Below are positions 17,248 to 28,020 of a DNA stretch of 56,792 nucleotides, one piece after another. Position 1 is the first letter of the stretch. Every line of letters starts with the position of its first letter. Below the pieces are notes generated by a model. That model ran no database searches, had not been told where the DNA came from, and saw nothing but the letters and a program-made list of their open reading frames with translations. Origin of the DNA: a virus (Duplodnaviria; Caudoviricetes); the IMG/VR virus record IMGVR_UViG_3300036906_000230, positions 1-56,792 of that record. One strand, written 5' to 3'. A program made the translations under genes and the position numbers.

Positions 17248-20200
17248 TCAGTAAATGAATGAGCGGTCATCGCTCGTGGGCAGTGGTAGCGGCCATGCAA
17301 ACAGGCAGAGATGGTCGTAGGCCCACAGCTTGATGACCGGAACTCCGAGACGGCTGGCGTTTACGAATTCCCGCGTCCACGGCCACGTGCCGTAATAGAG
17401 TCCCATCAGGTAGCGGCAGTGGGCCTGGTCCCAGGAGAGTTCCTTCCACGGGTACGCGGCGCACCGGGTCGCCTGGTCGAGGTTGTGATCGATGCCCGGA
17501 TACTGGTAGCCCTCGATCAGAAACGTGTCGAAGCCGGAGCCCGCGCGGGCTGCCCACTGGGAGGGTAGGTTGATGTACCGCAGCAGCTTGCAGTTATCCG
17601 GGTCGTTCACGTCCATCGGCCACAGCAGTTCGAAGATGGCCGAGGGGCACTGGGTTAGGACGTAGCCTTGGATCGCGGCGACATAGTTGTACAGGCGCGT
17701 CCGCAGGAAGTTCGCATCGCCGTAAGTGTTGACCGACGGATCGTCGTTTGGTGTGTGGAAGGTCGCCAGTGCGCGGCCGAGCGCCGATTGCGCGGCGGCT
17801 TTCGTGTCGGCGTCGTAAAACGCCATCCCAGAGGCGTTCGCCTGGAACCACCAGAGAATCTCACCGAACTGGAGCTTGGGCGTAAGGCCCGCCGCCAGCA
17901 TTAAGCCAGCCATCGCGGCATGCGCCTGGCCCATGTAGGCCTGCGGTCCCGAACTGAAGGCGATCTGCGAACTGTTCAGCGTCCCGAAGCCGGTGGCGGT
18001 CTCGACCGGGGTACCGTCAGGGAAGCGCTGAACCCACACGGCGCCACCGGCGGGATTGTCCGGCGGCTGCACCAGTTCCTGCGAGAACGAGCAGACAGCG
18101 CTCATGCCGTTGGCCTTCAGCAGGGCGAAGAAGTCCGTGTTCCAGTCGCGGAAGGCCCGGTTGAGCACCGGCACCTGGGTCGGATCGATAACCCACTTCA
18201 CGCCATACGTCCCGCCTTGCAGATCGCCGGCCACCGCCGCGTGGCCGCTGCCAGTATTGGATGCGGGCAGTTCCGTGTACACGTGAAACTGCCACCCGCT
18301 TGCGAACGAATGGGAGGTGATCGTGAGGACGCTGCCGGTGGCCGAGGCCCACACTCCATCGAAAATCGCGTTGGTGAAGTTGGCGAAGTGCCGCGCAATC
18401 GTGTTGCTGCTGTCCTGCCCGCCGAAGACCGTCTTGCCGATCGCAGAGCCGCCGATGTGCAGCCACACGACATCCTGATCGTTCCAGGTCCCCGAGAATG
18501 TGACCGTGCATTGCGGGTACGACGGATTCGACGCCACCGCCTGCTTCCACCAGAAGACGCCGCAGTAGTGATCGATCTCGCCGAGCAGCCCAAGCTTCTG
18601 GATGTTCCACACCAGCCTCTGCGGGGAGAGCTTGTACGTGTTGTCGGTGTCGAAGTCGGTAGCCACGCCAACAGCGGTGGTCGTGACCGCCGGATCTGGC
18701 AGGTCGCTCTTCACGGCGCATTCGAGAAAATCGAAATAGAAGTACCAGCCCTGGCTCGATGGGTTCTTGTTGCCCGAGAGCGTGATCACAACTTTGTGCT
18801 GACCGGCGGCGACGCCCGGGAACAGCAGGCGCCGCGTCTGGGACGTGGTCGCCAGCGGGTAGTAGCAGTCGAGCGTCACCGGCCCGCCGCCGTCGAGCGT
18901 GGCGCTCACGATTCCGCAGTTCGTGTCCAGCCGGGTGCCCACGTAGATGTCGTGCGTGGACTGGCAGTGCGTCTCAATGGTGACGCTGGCCCCGGCAGCC
19001 ACCGCGCGGACCGCCCGCCCCTGGCTCCAGAAGGCGAACGCGCCGTTCACGGGATCGTTGCCGGGAGCTGGCTCCCAGTAACCCGACATGCCGACCCACG
19101 TGCTGTCTTCCTCGATACGAACCGATCCTGGCCCTGCCACCTTGAGAGCACGCTTGCCGGCCGGATTGCTGGTCACCGTCCAATTGGTGACCACCATCTT
19201 CCACTCGGTGGACTGGTAAGCCTGGCTGTTCGGGAGCGCGGGGGCGATGGTCCACCAAACCTTATCAACATTGCTCCAACCGAGCGCCGTGAAATCGATC
19301 CGCACGTGCCAGGACACGTTGTCGGAGGAGCCGCCGGACAAATTCCAATGGGCGGCGGTGAAGTACAATCGGCTGCTGCTGTTGTTATCCGTCTGGTAGA
19401 AGGCCACCATGTTGCCGTCGGCTCCCGGCGCGGCCGTAACGACCAACTGATTCGGTAATACCACTGCGGCGCTGAGCACGACCGGGCCGTTCTGCACCCA
19501 GTTCGTTCCGTTGATCTGGCCGGCGATGTTGTTCAGGGCGGTCGCGGCATTCGTGCCTGGGGTCAGCGATGCAGCCGCGGAGCCGTCCGAACTCGACACC
19601 GCCACTGGGCCCGCGATGCCGGCCTTCAAGGTAATCAGGATCTCGTTGTTGTACTGGCCTCCCACTGTGGCAGTGCAGTTTGGGTCGGAAGCGTTGATCT
19701 GCGCCGCTACGTTGGCCGCTATCTGCGCACTGTTCAACGATCCTTCGTAGCAGGAATACGTGACGCTACCGATCGTCACCCAGTGCTGGTAGTTCGACAG
19801 CGTGGCGCCGCCGGAACCGTCGGAGCTGGACACCGCCACGGGGCCGTACTTACCGGACCTCAGCGAAATGAAGATCTCGTTGCCATAGGCGCCTCCCGTG
19901 GTGCAGGAGCAATTAGGATCGGAGGTGTTGATCTGGCCGGCGATATTGCTGGCAACGCCAGCGCTGTTCAGGGAATCCTCGAGGCAGGAATAGGTGGCCG
20001 AACCGATCCTGACCCAATGGTTGTAGGCCGCGTTCCCTTGCCACCACAGGGCCTGGTCGGTAGTCCCCACCGAACCCTGCCACCACAAGGCCTGGTCGGT
20101 GATCGGATTGCCGGTAACGATCGCTGGGCTGATGAATGACTGATTCTGATACCAGAGCGTGACCTTGTCGCCAGCCTGCGGATTTGCCATGTTCAGCGTG

Positions 20201-20616
20201 AAGGTGGCCGACGCTCCCACGCGGCCTGTAGTGTTGCACGTGACCGTGATGCCAGGAGTGCCGATCCAGTTCACGTCGTTGTGGCCGATGCCGTTGATGG
20301 AGTAGTCGAGCGTGTTCCAGTCGGTCCACGCGCTCTTGAGCGATTCCCAGGCCTGAATGCCCTGCCACGTGATGTCGAAGTCGAGCACGAGGCCGGTGAG
20401 GTCGCCGTCGGGAAGATACGAGAACAGCGGGTGTCCGAACGGATCGTCTTTCTGGAACAGGACCAGCACTGCGAAATCGGCCAGATCGCGGAACACACCG
20501 GAGACGGTGAATCCAGTGTCGGACGCACCCCACAGTGCAGCCGACGCGCCGTAGTCGTCAAAGCCCTGCAGAGCCATCGTGCGATGCGGCTGCAGCTTGT
20601 TGATGGTATCCACCAT
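17248..20616 (-). CDS. Large tail-associated protein (receptor-binding/carbohydrate-active candidate)
   Basis: 1122 aa, beta-rich with a duplicated domain; last gene of the tail module. Confidence 0.7.
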   Translation of the reverse strand: MVDTINKLQPHRTMALQGFDDYGASAALWGASDTGFTVSGVFRDLADFAVLVLFQKDDPFGHPLFSYLPDGDLTGLVLDFDITWQGIQAWESLKSAWTDWNTLDYSINGIGHNDVNWIGTPGITVTCNTTGRVGASATFTLNMANPQAGDKVTLWYQNQSFISPAIVTGNPITDQALWWQGSVGTTDQALWWQGNAAYNHWVRIGSATYSCLEDSLNSAGVASNIAGQINTSDPNCSCTTGGAYGNEIFISLRSGKYGPVAVSSSDGSGGATLSNYQHWVTIGSVTYSCYEGSLNSAQIAANVAAQINASDPNCTATVGGQYNNEILITLKAGIAGPVAVSSSDGSAAASLTPGTNAATALNNIAGQINGTNWVQNGPVVLSAAVVLPNQLVVTAAPGADGNMVAFYQTDNNSSSRLYFTAAHWNLSGGSSDNVSWHVRIDFTALGWSNVDKVWWTIAPALPNSQAYQSTEWKMVVTNWTVTSNPAGKRALKVAGPGSVRIEEDSTWVGMSGYWEPAPGNDPVNGAFAFWSQGRAVRAVAAGASVTIETHCQSTHDIYVGTRLDTNCGIVSATLDGGGPVTLDCYYPLATTSQTRRLLFPGVAAGQHKVVITLSGNKNPSSQGWYFYFDFLECAVKSDLPDPAVTTTAVGVATDFDTDNTYKLSPQRLVWNIQKLGLLGEIDHYCGVFWWKQAVASNPSYPQCTVTFSGTWNDQDVVWLHIGGSAIGKTVFGGQDSSNTIARHFANFTNAIFDGVWASATGSVLTITSHSFASGWQFHVYTELPASNTGSGHAAVAGDLQGGTYGVKWVIDPTQVPVLNRAFRDWNTDFFALLKANGMSAVCSFSQELVQPPDNPAGGAVWVQRFPDGTPVETATGFGTLNSSQIAFSSGPQAYMGQAHAAMAGLMLAAGLTPKLQFGEILWWFQANASGMAFYDADTKAAAQSALGRALATFHTPNDDPSVNTYGDANFLRTRLYNYVAAIQGYVLTQCPSAIFELLWPMDVNDPDNCKLLRYINLPSQWAARAGSGFDTFLIEGYQYPGIDHNLDQATRCAAYPWKELSWDQAHCRYLMGLYYGTWPWTREFVNASRLGVPVIKLWAYDHLCLFAWPLPLPTSDDRSFIY

Positions 20617-20792
20617 TGTTGACAGCCTCGATCAGACTCGCTGCGGCGATGGCCATTGTCGGGCCGAGTATTCCGCTAATCACGAAAACTCCTGCTCTGA
20701 CAACAACCTCCATCGGGACCGAGCAGCGCTTCGGAGTCGTCTCGGCGGCTAATATGAGAGCTTCGCGTTGTGCGGCGATATCCTAGAGCTCT

Positions 20793-21293
20793 ATGCAGCC
20801 AACAAAGGTGCCTCACGCCCGGCTAGTTCTGCAGGATGCGATGTATGTCCGCGAGAAGCTTGAGAATGAAACAGGCCGCATTGAATGGCGACTGTTTTGG
20901 ATCCTCGCCGTCGTTCTCCTTCGAGCCGTGGGGCACGTACTCGACAAGGTAGATGGAGCGGCTGATCCCAAAGTGAAGAAAGCGGCGAATGATTTACACC
21001 GCTCTTGGCGAACTGGTGCCGACCATGCAATCTTTCGCGATTTCATCGAACATGAGCGCAACAACATTCTGAAAGAATATGAGTTCGAGATGACGGAAGG
21101 CCCAGTTCCAATCATGGCTATCCTCCAGAGTCACGACGGTTTCGACGTCGTACGGCAATTCCTGATTGAGGAGAATATTTATCGTCCAATGTCTTCGGGT
21201 GCGTTCGAGGGAGAGGATGGCCGCACGCTCCTAGATGAGGCGATTGCATGGTGGGCTGCTCAACTTGAGGCGGTCGATCGGGCTGTCTTGTAG
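20793..21293 (+). CDS. Moron, hypothetical helical protein (possible HEPN-like)
   Basis: Opposite strand, lower GC, inserted between tail genes; ERNNILKE motif. Confidence 0.65.
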   Translation: MQPTKVPHARLVLQDAMYVREKLENETGRIEWRLFWILAVVLLRAVGHVLDKVDGAADPKVKKAANDLHRSWRTGADHAIFRDFIEHERNNILKEYEFEMTEGPVPIMAILQSHDGFDVVRQFLIEENIYRPMSSGAFEGEDGRTLLDEAIAWWAAQLEAVDRAVL

Positions 21294-21311
21294 CCTCGAT
21301 AGTGCTTGAAA

Positions 21312-24300
21312 TCATGAATACAGAAAGACCGAGAGGCCTGCACCTGGAAACGTGTTTCCCACGGCGGTTATGCCAATCGACACTGCTGTGTTCGCCGGAA
21401 TCTCGGTAAGCGTGCCGATCTGCGACGGTGTGGCCACCACCACGGTCTGGCCGGCGGGAATAGTCAAAGTGAGCCACGCGGCACCTCCCACGTAGATCGT
21501 GAACGTGATCGGCGCTCCGGTGGGCGCCGCCTGGACGTAAGCCTTCACGTCGCCCACGGTGACCGGGCGATTCAAATAGAGAGGCTGGGCGGCGTTGGAC
21601 TCGATGCCCAACGTGCCCTGCATCTGGAACACCAGGCCCGCGACTTTCGAGAGTCCCTCCGCACCGAACACCCAATCCTCCCGGATCGGCGCGTCGCCGT
21701 CTGGTGACTCATTCCCATTGATATCCACGGTGAAACCTGCGATGACGAGGGTCTCGTCCACGAAATTGCCGGTGGGCATGTTGATCGTCGCCACCGCCAG
21801 CGGATTGGCGTTATCAAGAGAGGTCGTGTCGCAGGAATAGGGCCACGTCGGCTCCTCCACAATCCAAACGTCGCCGGGGTTGATGACCATTGGGAGGTCC
21901 CACGCGATGGCGGTTGCGGTGTTGGAGACGATCTTCCGCGGCGGCGTCCCGCGCGATGCTCCCTGAATTACCCGGACCAGATTGCCGACCTCGGCACCGG
22001 GCGTCATGCCGCCGGGATAGACGATGTTCTGGCAGCCGGAATCCGTGATGGATGTGGGGCTGGCAGAGTTCGACGCATCCGCGTTGAACCGGATGACGAA
22101 GCAGTCGCCCTCCTGCACGATGCCGTTCGGGTCGGGAGTGACGCCGATGGTGCCGGTGGTCTGGTCCCACGAGGTGATCCTCCCGCTGAAGAACGGCGTG
22201 GCGCTCTCCGGTCTGCCAATGATCGAGACTATGCGGCCGACCGGCGTGAACGAGGGATTGCTGGCCGGCGGCGCGCCCTTCAGGTACCCGGACACCAACG
22301 TCCCGGCCGAGACGCTGTCCACGGACGCGCCGATAATCCCGCCGTGAATCTCGTGCTTCGCCTTCAGCCGGACGCTGCTCACGTACGGCGACGGCAGCGC
22401 AAACGTTGAGCGCTGCAATGGCCCGGCAAAAGTGATCGTACCGGGCGTGTACACGGTGCCGTCGCCGGTTGAAGTGAGCGCGCCGCTTGCGATCACGCCG
22501 CCGAAGGTCCCGAGCTGCTGGCCACAGATCAGGTCGTCCTGCGCCGCCGCGAAGATCGCGTAATTCTTCAGTCCGGCCACGGCAGGCCAGACGACGTTGT
22601 TCAGAGTGATCGAGTACGTCGTCACGTTCGTGGGCGTCACCACGGGCAGCGGAACGATTGCGATGGCCATCGGCGCGGACGGCAGTCCATTGCTGTCCAG
22701 AGCGCACAGCGTGAGCCGAATCGTGGTACCGCCCACGAGCGACCCGCCGGTGGCGCTCACGGCGATGCTCCCGGCAACGGGTGCGCCGACGCCGGGACTG
22801 AACGTATTCGTCGGTAGCTTCCCTGTCACCAGCAGATTCGCCAGCATGCTACCGTCGGCCATCTGCGCGTAGGACTGGTTGGTGTCGAATGTCCACTCGC
22901 CCGGAAACAACGCATCGTCCGCGCGCGCCTGAATTTGGTAGGGCGCCCACGCCGGGCCGAACGGGATCGGGTAGAAAAGCGCCGGCAGCGGGGAGGGCGC
23001 CACATCTAGCGGCTTGGGCCCGACCGTCAGATCGTACATCGACGCCGTCACGGTTTTCGCCGTGATGTTGATCGACCAGTCTTTGTTGAGCCGCCACGAC
23101 TGGATACGGAAATCGCCGGTAATGAACTGGAACGTTGCGTTGGACGAATTGGCTGGTGCCGGCGAAACAGCGAATCCCGTGACGGTCTTGTAGTCTGCCG
23201 ACGTGAAGATCTGCGTCACGGTGCACTGCACACCGTTGATCAGCACCTCCTTGTTGACGATGAACGTGTCGAGCGCATCGCCCGTCAGGTTGCCGCACTG
23301 GCCGCTTGTGACGGAGCATGTGCCCTTCATGCCGGGCACATCGGGATGGGTGATCGAGACTACCTGCCCGACCTCGGTGCCGAGAGCCAGGATCGTCGTC
23401 TTCCAGGACGCGTTGCGGGCATTGCGCCACTCGGCCGCGTTGACGCCGCCGATCTCTTCACGCGTTCGCACGGCAGCCAGGCGAAGGGCCTGGGACAGCG
23501 TGGCGCATCCCACGAGATGCTGCCGCGCGGTCACCGGAGCCCCGGACCTCGAGTAGTATGCCGCGTGGGTCTTGTCCTGGTACTCGGCGGTGTTGGCCTG
23601 ATACTGATACGCCTGGTCGGCGAAGTCGATGATGAGGTGCTCAAACGATGCGTCGACCGGCTCCAGCCGTAGGCTCTGGAAGAGGAAGTTGCCGATGGTG
23701 AAGGCGTCGGTTGCGGAGGCGTTGATCCGGCAGCCGAGCTTCAGCTTGCCGAACTCCCACGTGAAATAGCCCAGACCGCACGCCAGGATCTCCGTGAGCC
23801 AGTCGCGGAAGGGTTTCTGCTGCGCCAGCACGCCCTGAAACCGAAACTGCTTCTCCACGCCAAGCCCGAGGATCGGCGTCACCAGGTCGTCGGCAATCTC
23901 GGCAGTGCCGCTGCCGTCGCCAACGAATAGAGAAGGCAGCACGAACATCCCAACCTGAACTGTCGAGTTGGCTCCAGATGAACCGAGCGCGCGCAGCAGG
24001 CTGTTTACCGCGATCCAGAACGGATTTGTCAGGCCGGTGACCGCCGTGCGGTTGCCGTTCTGGTCCCAGGTCCAGCCGGTGAGGCCCTGCGCGATGGGCA
24101 CCTGCATCTGGTGCTGGTCAGTGGTCGTCGGCTGAATCCCCGATTGATCCGTGCGCCGGATTTCGACGAACGCGGTGCCCGCCGCCGTTTCTGGTCCCCA
24201 CACCTGCGGCGATCCCTGGCCGAGCGAGAAGGAATTCGACTGCGGATCGTTGCCGGCCACTTCGCGTAGCCCCATCGTGGGGTTGTCCGAGGTGACGTTG

Positions 24301-25697
24301 AGCCCGCCGTCGACCTTGAAGCCCTGCGGCGGCTGGCCGTCGAGCATGGGCGCGATGATGTAGCGGTAGCCGTCAGCGTTCTGGTAGACCAGCATGCCGG
24401 TATACCCGCCGATTGGGCCTGCGCCCACGATGCCCAGGGCGTCGTAGAAATCGGATTCGTCCCGGCCCGCCGCGATCATGCAATTGACCCAGAACGCCTT
24501 GCCCGGGTCGCCATCGTCGTTGCACCAGATCTCCTGGAGAGCGTTGCCCCAGATGGTGTCCGAGATGATCGAGGTCGCCGTCACCGTGCTTCGTCCAAAG
24601 CCCCACAGCCCGGTCGAGTTGTCCTTGATGACTACGCCCTGCGGTTCGGCGGGATGGCCGCCGAAGTAGGGAGTCATCCCGTGCGCCTGGCAGCCGTTGG
24701 TGGAATCGAAGTAGTAGTCGCAGGAAGCCGGGTCGCCGCCGTGACCGTGCGTTGCGTAGGGACAGTTCACGCCATCGCTGAAGGTTTTCCAGCACTGCCG
24801 CGAGATCGCGCGCGGCGGGTACATCTGCGTGATCTGGTACAGGCCGTCGCTGGCGCGCACGGTGAATTGCGGCGAGCCATCAGACACGAAACCGACGATG
24901 AACCCCGACCACAACTGGAGCAGGATGCCGGTATTGACGTGGTACAGCGACAGGTCGATGCTGGCGAACTTCAGATCCGTGTCGTTGGCGAGGGCGGTCA
25001 TCGCGCGGTCGGCGTTTCCGAACGTGAATTGGACGTTGTCGGCGGTTCCCTTGATGTCCTGGGAGATGATGACATCCGAACCGGGCTCGCCCAGACCGAG
25101 CACACGTGGCAGGTATAGTTGGCCGCCGACCGTGCAGCGACGGTCCGAGAGATAGATGTCGGGTACGGCCTGCTCGCGCACGCGGATGTGGATCAGCGGA
25201 ATGATTTGCTGGACCTGAGAAAGAAGCGCAGTTTGGAGCGTGCTGGACGGGAATCGCAGGCAGGTGGAATTGACGGGATAGCTGGGCGCGGCCGACGGAT
25301 TGGGGACCTCTATGAAGTTGAACCCGACCTGGCAGGCGTTCGCCAGATACTGGATTGAGAGAGGCGCGTACTCCCAGGTCACCTTCGTGGAGCTGGTGGT
25401 CTGGTCGGCGTTCGGCACGTTGTAGGTGAAGGACTTCCAGGCACCTTGCAGGCTCTCCCAGAAGGAGACCAACGACGCGCGGTCGCGCATGCTGAGGTGT
25501 TGCCGGCGGAAGGCGAACTTGCGCGAACCGATGCCGACGGCGAATCTCTGTTCGGCTTTGGCGTCCAGCTCGCCGAACTGATGCACGACGACGGGACGCT
25601 CCTGGGTGAACCCGTAGCCGAAATCGCCGGTGAACGGGAACGTCAGGCCCGAATCGACGAGCGAGGGCACACTGATGCGGCCGATGGTGTCGGACAT
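21312..25697 (-). CDS. Tail tip/hub (host-specificity-type) protein
   Basis: 1461 aa downstream of TMP and Dit; CWKTF..CPY..CDY..GCQ cysteine cluster typical of tail-tip proteins. Confidence 0.75.
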   Translation of the reverse strand: MSDTIGRISVPSLVDSGLTFPFTGDFGYGFTQERPVVVHQFGELDAKAEQRFAVGIGSRKFAFRRQHLSMRDRASLVSFWESLQGAWKSFTYNVPNADQTTSSTKVTWEYAPLSIQYLANACQVGFNFIEVPNPSAAPSYPVNSTCLRFPSSTLQTALLSQVQQIIPLIHIRVREQAVPDIYLSDRRCTVGGQLYLPRVLGLGEPGSDVIISQDIKGTADNVQFTFGNADRAMTALANDTDLKFASIDLSLYHVNTGILLQLWSGFIVGFVSDGSPQFTVRASDGLYQITQMYPPRAISRQCWKTFSDGVNCPYATHGHGGDPASCDYYFDSTNGCQAHGMTPYFGGHPAEPQGVVIKDNSTGLWGFGRSTVTATSIISDTIWGNALQEIWCNDDGDPGKAFWVNCMIAAGRDESDFYDALGIVGAGPIGGYTGMLVYQNADGYRYIIAPMLDGQPPQGFKVDGGLNVTSDNPTMGLREVAGNDPQSNSFSLGQGSPQVWGPETAAGTAFVEIRRTDQSGIQPTTTDQHQMQVPIAQGLTGWTWDQNGNRTAVTGLTNPFWIAVNSLLRALGSSGANSTVQVGMFVLPSLFVGDGSGTAEIADDLVTPILGLGVEKQFRFQGVLAQQKPFRDWLTEILACGLGYFTWEFGKLKLGCRINASATDAFTIGNFLFQSLRLEPVDASFEHLIIDFADQAYQYQANTAEYQDKTHAAYYSRSGAPVTARQHLVGCATLSQALRLAAVRTREEIGGVNAAEWRNARNASWKTTILALGTEVGQVVSITHPDVPGMKGTCSVTSGQCGNLTGDALDTFIVNKEVLINGVQCTVTQIFTSADYKTVTGFAVSPAPANSSNATFQFITGDFRIQSWRLNKDWSINITAKTVTASMYDLTVGPKPLDVAPSPLPALFYPIPFGPAWAPYQIQARADDALFPGEWTFDTNQSYAQMADGSMLANLLVTGKLPTNTFSPGVGAPVAGSIAVSATGGSLVGGTTIRLTLCALDSNGLPSAPMAIAIVPLPVVTPTNVTTYSITLNNVVWPAVAGLKNYAIFAAAQDDLICGQQLGTFGGVIASGALTSTGDGTVYTPGTITFAGPLQRSTFALPSPYVSSVRLKAKHEIHGGIIGASVDSVSAGTLVSGYLKGAPPASNPSFTPVGRIVSIIGRPESATPFFSGRITSWDQTTGTIGVTPDPNGIVQEGDCFVIRFNADASNSASPTSITDSGCQNIVYPGGMTPGAEVGNLVRVIQGASRGTPPRKIVSNTATAIAWDLPMVINPGDVWIVEEPTWPYSCDTTSLDNANPLAVATINMPTGNFVDETLVIAGFTVDINGNESPDGDAPIREDWVFGAEGLSKVAGLVFQMQGTLGIESNAAQPLYLNRPVTVGDVKAYVQAAPTGAPITFTIYVGGAAWLTLTIPAGQTVVVATPSQIGTLTEIPANTAVSIGITAVGNTFPGAGLSVFLYS

Positions 25698-25709
25698 GGA
25701 GGTTGGGGA

Positions 25710-26102
25710 CTACGCAACTTCTGCGAGTTCGATCTGCGGCACATCAGTGCGCAGCAGGCCGGTATTTTGCGACCAGGTGCCACGGAACACGACCGTGTAC
25801 CGGCCTGGCGTCGAGTTGCCCGAGGGATCGTAGGCACCTTCGGCGAGGTTGTAGAACAGAAACGGCACCACACCGCCCTGCTGACCGTCCCAGAAGGCCT
25901 TTAGGGCGATTGCGCCTGCGGCGGTTAACCGCTGTGCAAGCTTGAACGTTTTTCGCGATGTCTGCGCAAGCTGCGACCGCTCAGCGCTCCCATCGTGGTA
26001 CTGGGCTTGGAGTTGGACAAACTCGCGCGATTCCGAGAAGGCGGTACAGAGCGCAGAAGGCATCACACCGCTCGGTAGCACTGTCAGGATATTTCCCGGC
26101 AT
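25710..26102 (-). CDS. Distal/minor tail protein (gpM/DUF2460-like)
   Basis: DGSAER, LKAFWDGQQGGVVPFLF, VVF pattern; position after the TMP. Confidence 0.65.
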   Translation of the reverse strand: MPGNILTVLPSGVMPSALCTAFSESREFVQLQAQYHDGSAERSQLAQTSRKTFKLAQRLTAAGAIALKAFWDGQQGGVVPFLFYNLAEGAYDPSGNSTPGRYTVVFRGTWSQNTGLLRTDVPQIELAEVA

Positions 26103-26215
26103 TTTCGAATGGCCAATGACGATTCGCAGACAGCACCCGGCCAGGCGTGCATCGTTACAACACTCGGCGGATAATTAGACGTTCGGGCAAACCGTTCAAT
26201 CGCGAGGAGCGTTCT

Positions 26216-28018
26216 ATGCCACTTCTGATCCCTCCAGAGACTTGCAAGATCCTCGAGAATGTCGATGCGGGGTTGCAGCCACTTGCTGAATTCGAACTCG
26301 CAGACCAACTCTCGGTCGTGCTCAACGACGCTGGGCTTTCTTCGAACGAACGCAGGGGAGCGTCCGCTGAATGGGCAGCATTCTTCTTTCGGGCGCTCGG
26401 CGACGAAAACGCCGGCCCCTGGAACACCTATTACGGTCCAACACTTACCGCCAGTAACGCGCAAGGGCACCCAGTTTATATACCAGACCTCGCTCAAGTC
26501 GACACGGAAACAGTAGCCCACTGGGAGCAACGCTCGACCGCCGCAAAGCACCCCATTCTTCGCGCTCGATACGCGGACTTGGTATGGGACCTCAAGCCGC
26601 ACGCGATCCAGCAACGGGCAGACGTACAGTTTGCACGCATAGCCATCGATGCCTACATCGACGCCATCCGCGCAAGGTTGTACAAACATTCAGTTTCCTC
26701 CGTGCAATCCCTCCAGCGAGCATTAGCTCTCGCGCTGATCACGAAAGATTCGGCACGCCTACAAATGTGCAAGGGGGTGATGCTCGTGAGTTTCGATGCA
26801 GTAACCGAGTCACGGGAGTTCGGGAACTGGACAATGGTTGTTGATAAAACCCTTCGCAACAAGAAGCTCGATCTTACCCAGGAGGAAACCGCACGCTTCG
26901 TTACCGGCCTCGAGCGACTCCTGGCGGCTTGCACGATCGCAGGAAGTCCCCAGTTCGACCCGTGGGCCGCAGAAGCCGCAGCTACGGTACTCGCTTCACA
27001 CTATGACCGCACCAGCCAAAAAGACCAGGTCCATCGCGTCATCCGTGCCTATGGCACCGCGTTCGAGTATATCGCCGCAAACGCGAGCGCGACGTTTGCC
27101 ATGGGGTGGCTTCAGCCGATCTTCGACGAGTACCGATCCCGCGGCATGACAGCCGATGCAGACCGGGTATTGCAGGCTTACACAGACAAGGGCAAGCACG
27201 CCGCCGACGACCTCAAGAGCATCCACGCACCTATCGAGATTCCTGAAGCGGAGTTCGAGAAGTTTCTCGACGCGATCAGCGAGGGCACTGTCCCCGAGTG
27301 CCTCGCGAGAGTCGCAGTCCGATTCATACCCAAGGCCGGGAAGATCAGGGACCTCCTCCAAGAGATGCTGAGTCGCACGCCGATTCTGGCACGCATCGAA
27401 GTAACCCGAATTGTTGACGGCCACTTCGCCGCGCAGGCCGGGTCAATAGAGACCGACCCCGATGGGCGACTCATAATGCAACTTGCGCAGTACATCGATG
27501 GTGAGGATCTCTTTCTTATCCCGGCCCTTGAGAGAATACGGCAAAGGCACCAGCCTGATGCTCGGACAATCCTATCCGTCTTGGAGGCATCTCCCATTTT
27601 TGACCCGGAACGGCGCGCGCTACTCGAAGGTGGCATACAGGCCTACCTGGCTGGAGATCACGTCAAGGCTATCCATGTCTTCATACCGCAAGTGGAACAC
27701 ACGCTGCGAAGACTTCTCACTCTGCTGGGAGTGCCGACCCTCAGAGCGGGCAGAAGTGGCCTCATGCAGGTTAAGAACCTCAATGAGATTCTGCGCGAAG
27801 CTGCGATTCAAACTGCACTGGGAGAGGACCTGCAGCTTTACCTTTTAACGCTTCTTGTCGATCAGCGCGGCCAGAACATCCGAAACATGATCTGTCATGG
27901 GTTCGCTAGTCCCGTACACTTTAACCAGCGGGTGGCGGATCGCATGCTCCACGTTCTACTAACCCTGTCACTGGTCCGAGAAAGGACCAGTCCGAATGCG
28001 CCGACATCTACTTTGTAG
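26216..28018 (+). CDS. DUF4209/HEPN domain protein (moron, putative anti-phage RNase)
   Basis: C-terminal PQVEHTLR...GQNIRNMICHG (RxxxxH); HPILRARYADLVW N-domain; GAGGAG RBS before ATG 26216. Confidence 0.75.
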   Translation: MPLLIPPETCKILENVDAGLQPLAEFELADQLSVVLNDAGLSSNERRGASAEWAAFFFRALGDENAGPWNTYYGPTLTASNAQGHPVYIPDLAQVDTETVAHWEQRSTAAKHPILRARYADLVWDLKPHAIQQRADVQFARIAIDAYIDAIRARLYKHSVSSVQSLQRALALALITKDSARLQMCKGVMLVSFDAVTESREFGNWTMVVDKTLRNKKLDLTQEETARFVTGLERLLAACTIAGSPQFDPWAAEAAATVLASHYDRTSQKDQVHRVIRAYGTAFEYIAANASATFAMGWLQPIFDEYRSRGMTADADRVLQAYTDKGKHAADDLKSIHAPIEIPEAEFEKFLDAISEGTVPECLARVAVRFIPKAGKIRDLLQEMLSRTPILARIEVTRIVDGHFAAQAGSIETDPDGRLIMQLAQYIDGEDLFLIPALERIRQRHQPDARTILSVLEASPIFDPERRALLEGGIQAYLAGDHVKAIHVFIPQVEHTLRRLLTLLGVPTLRAGRSGLMQVKNLNEILREAAIQTALGEDLQLYLLTLLVDQRGQNIRNMICHGFASPVHFNQRVADRMLHVLLTLSLVRERTSPNAPTSTL

Positions 28019-28020
28019 CG

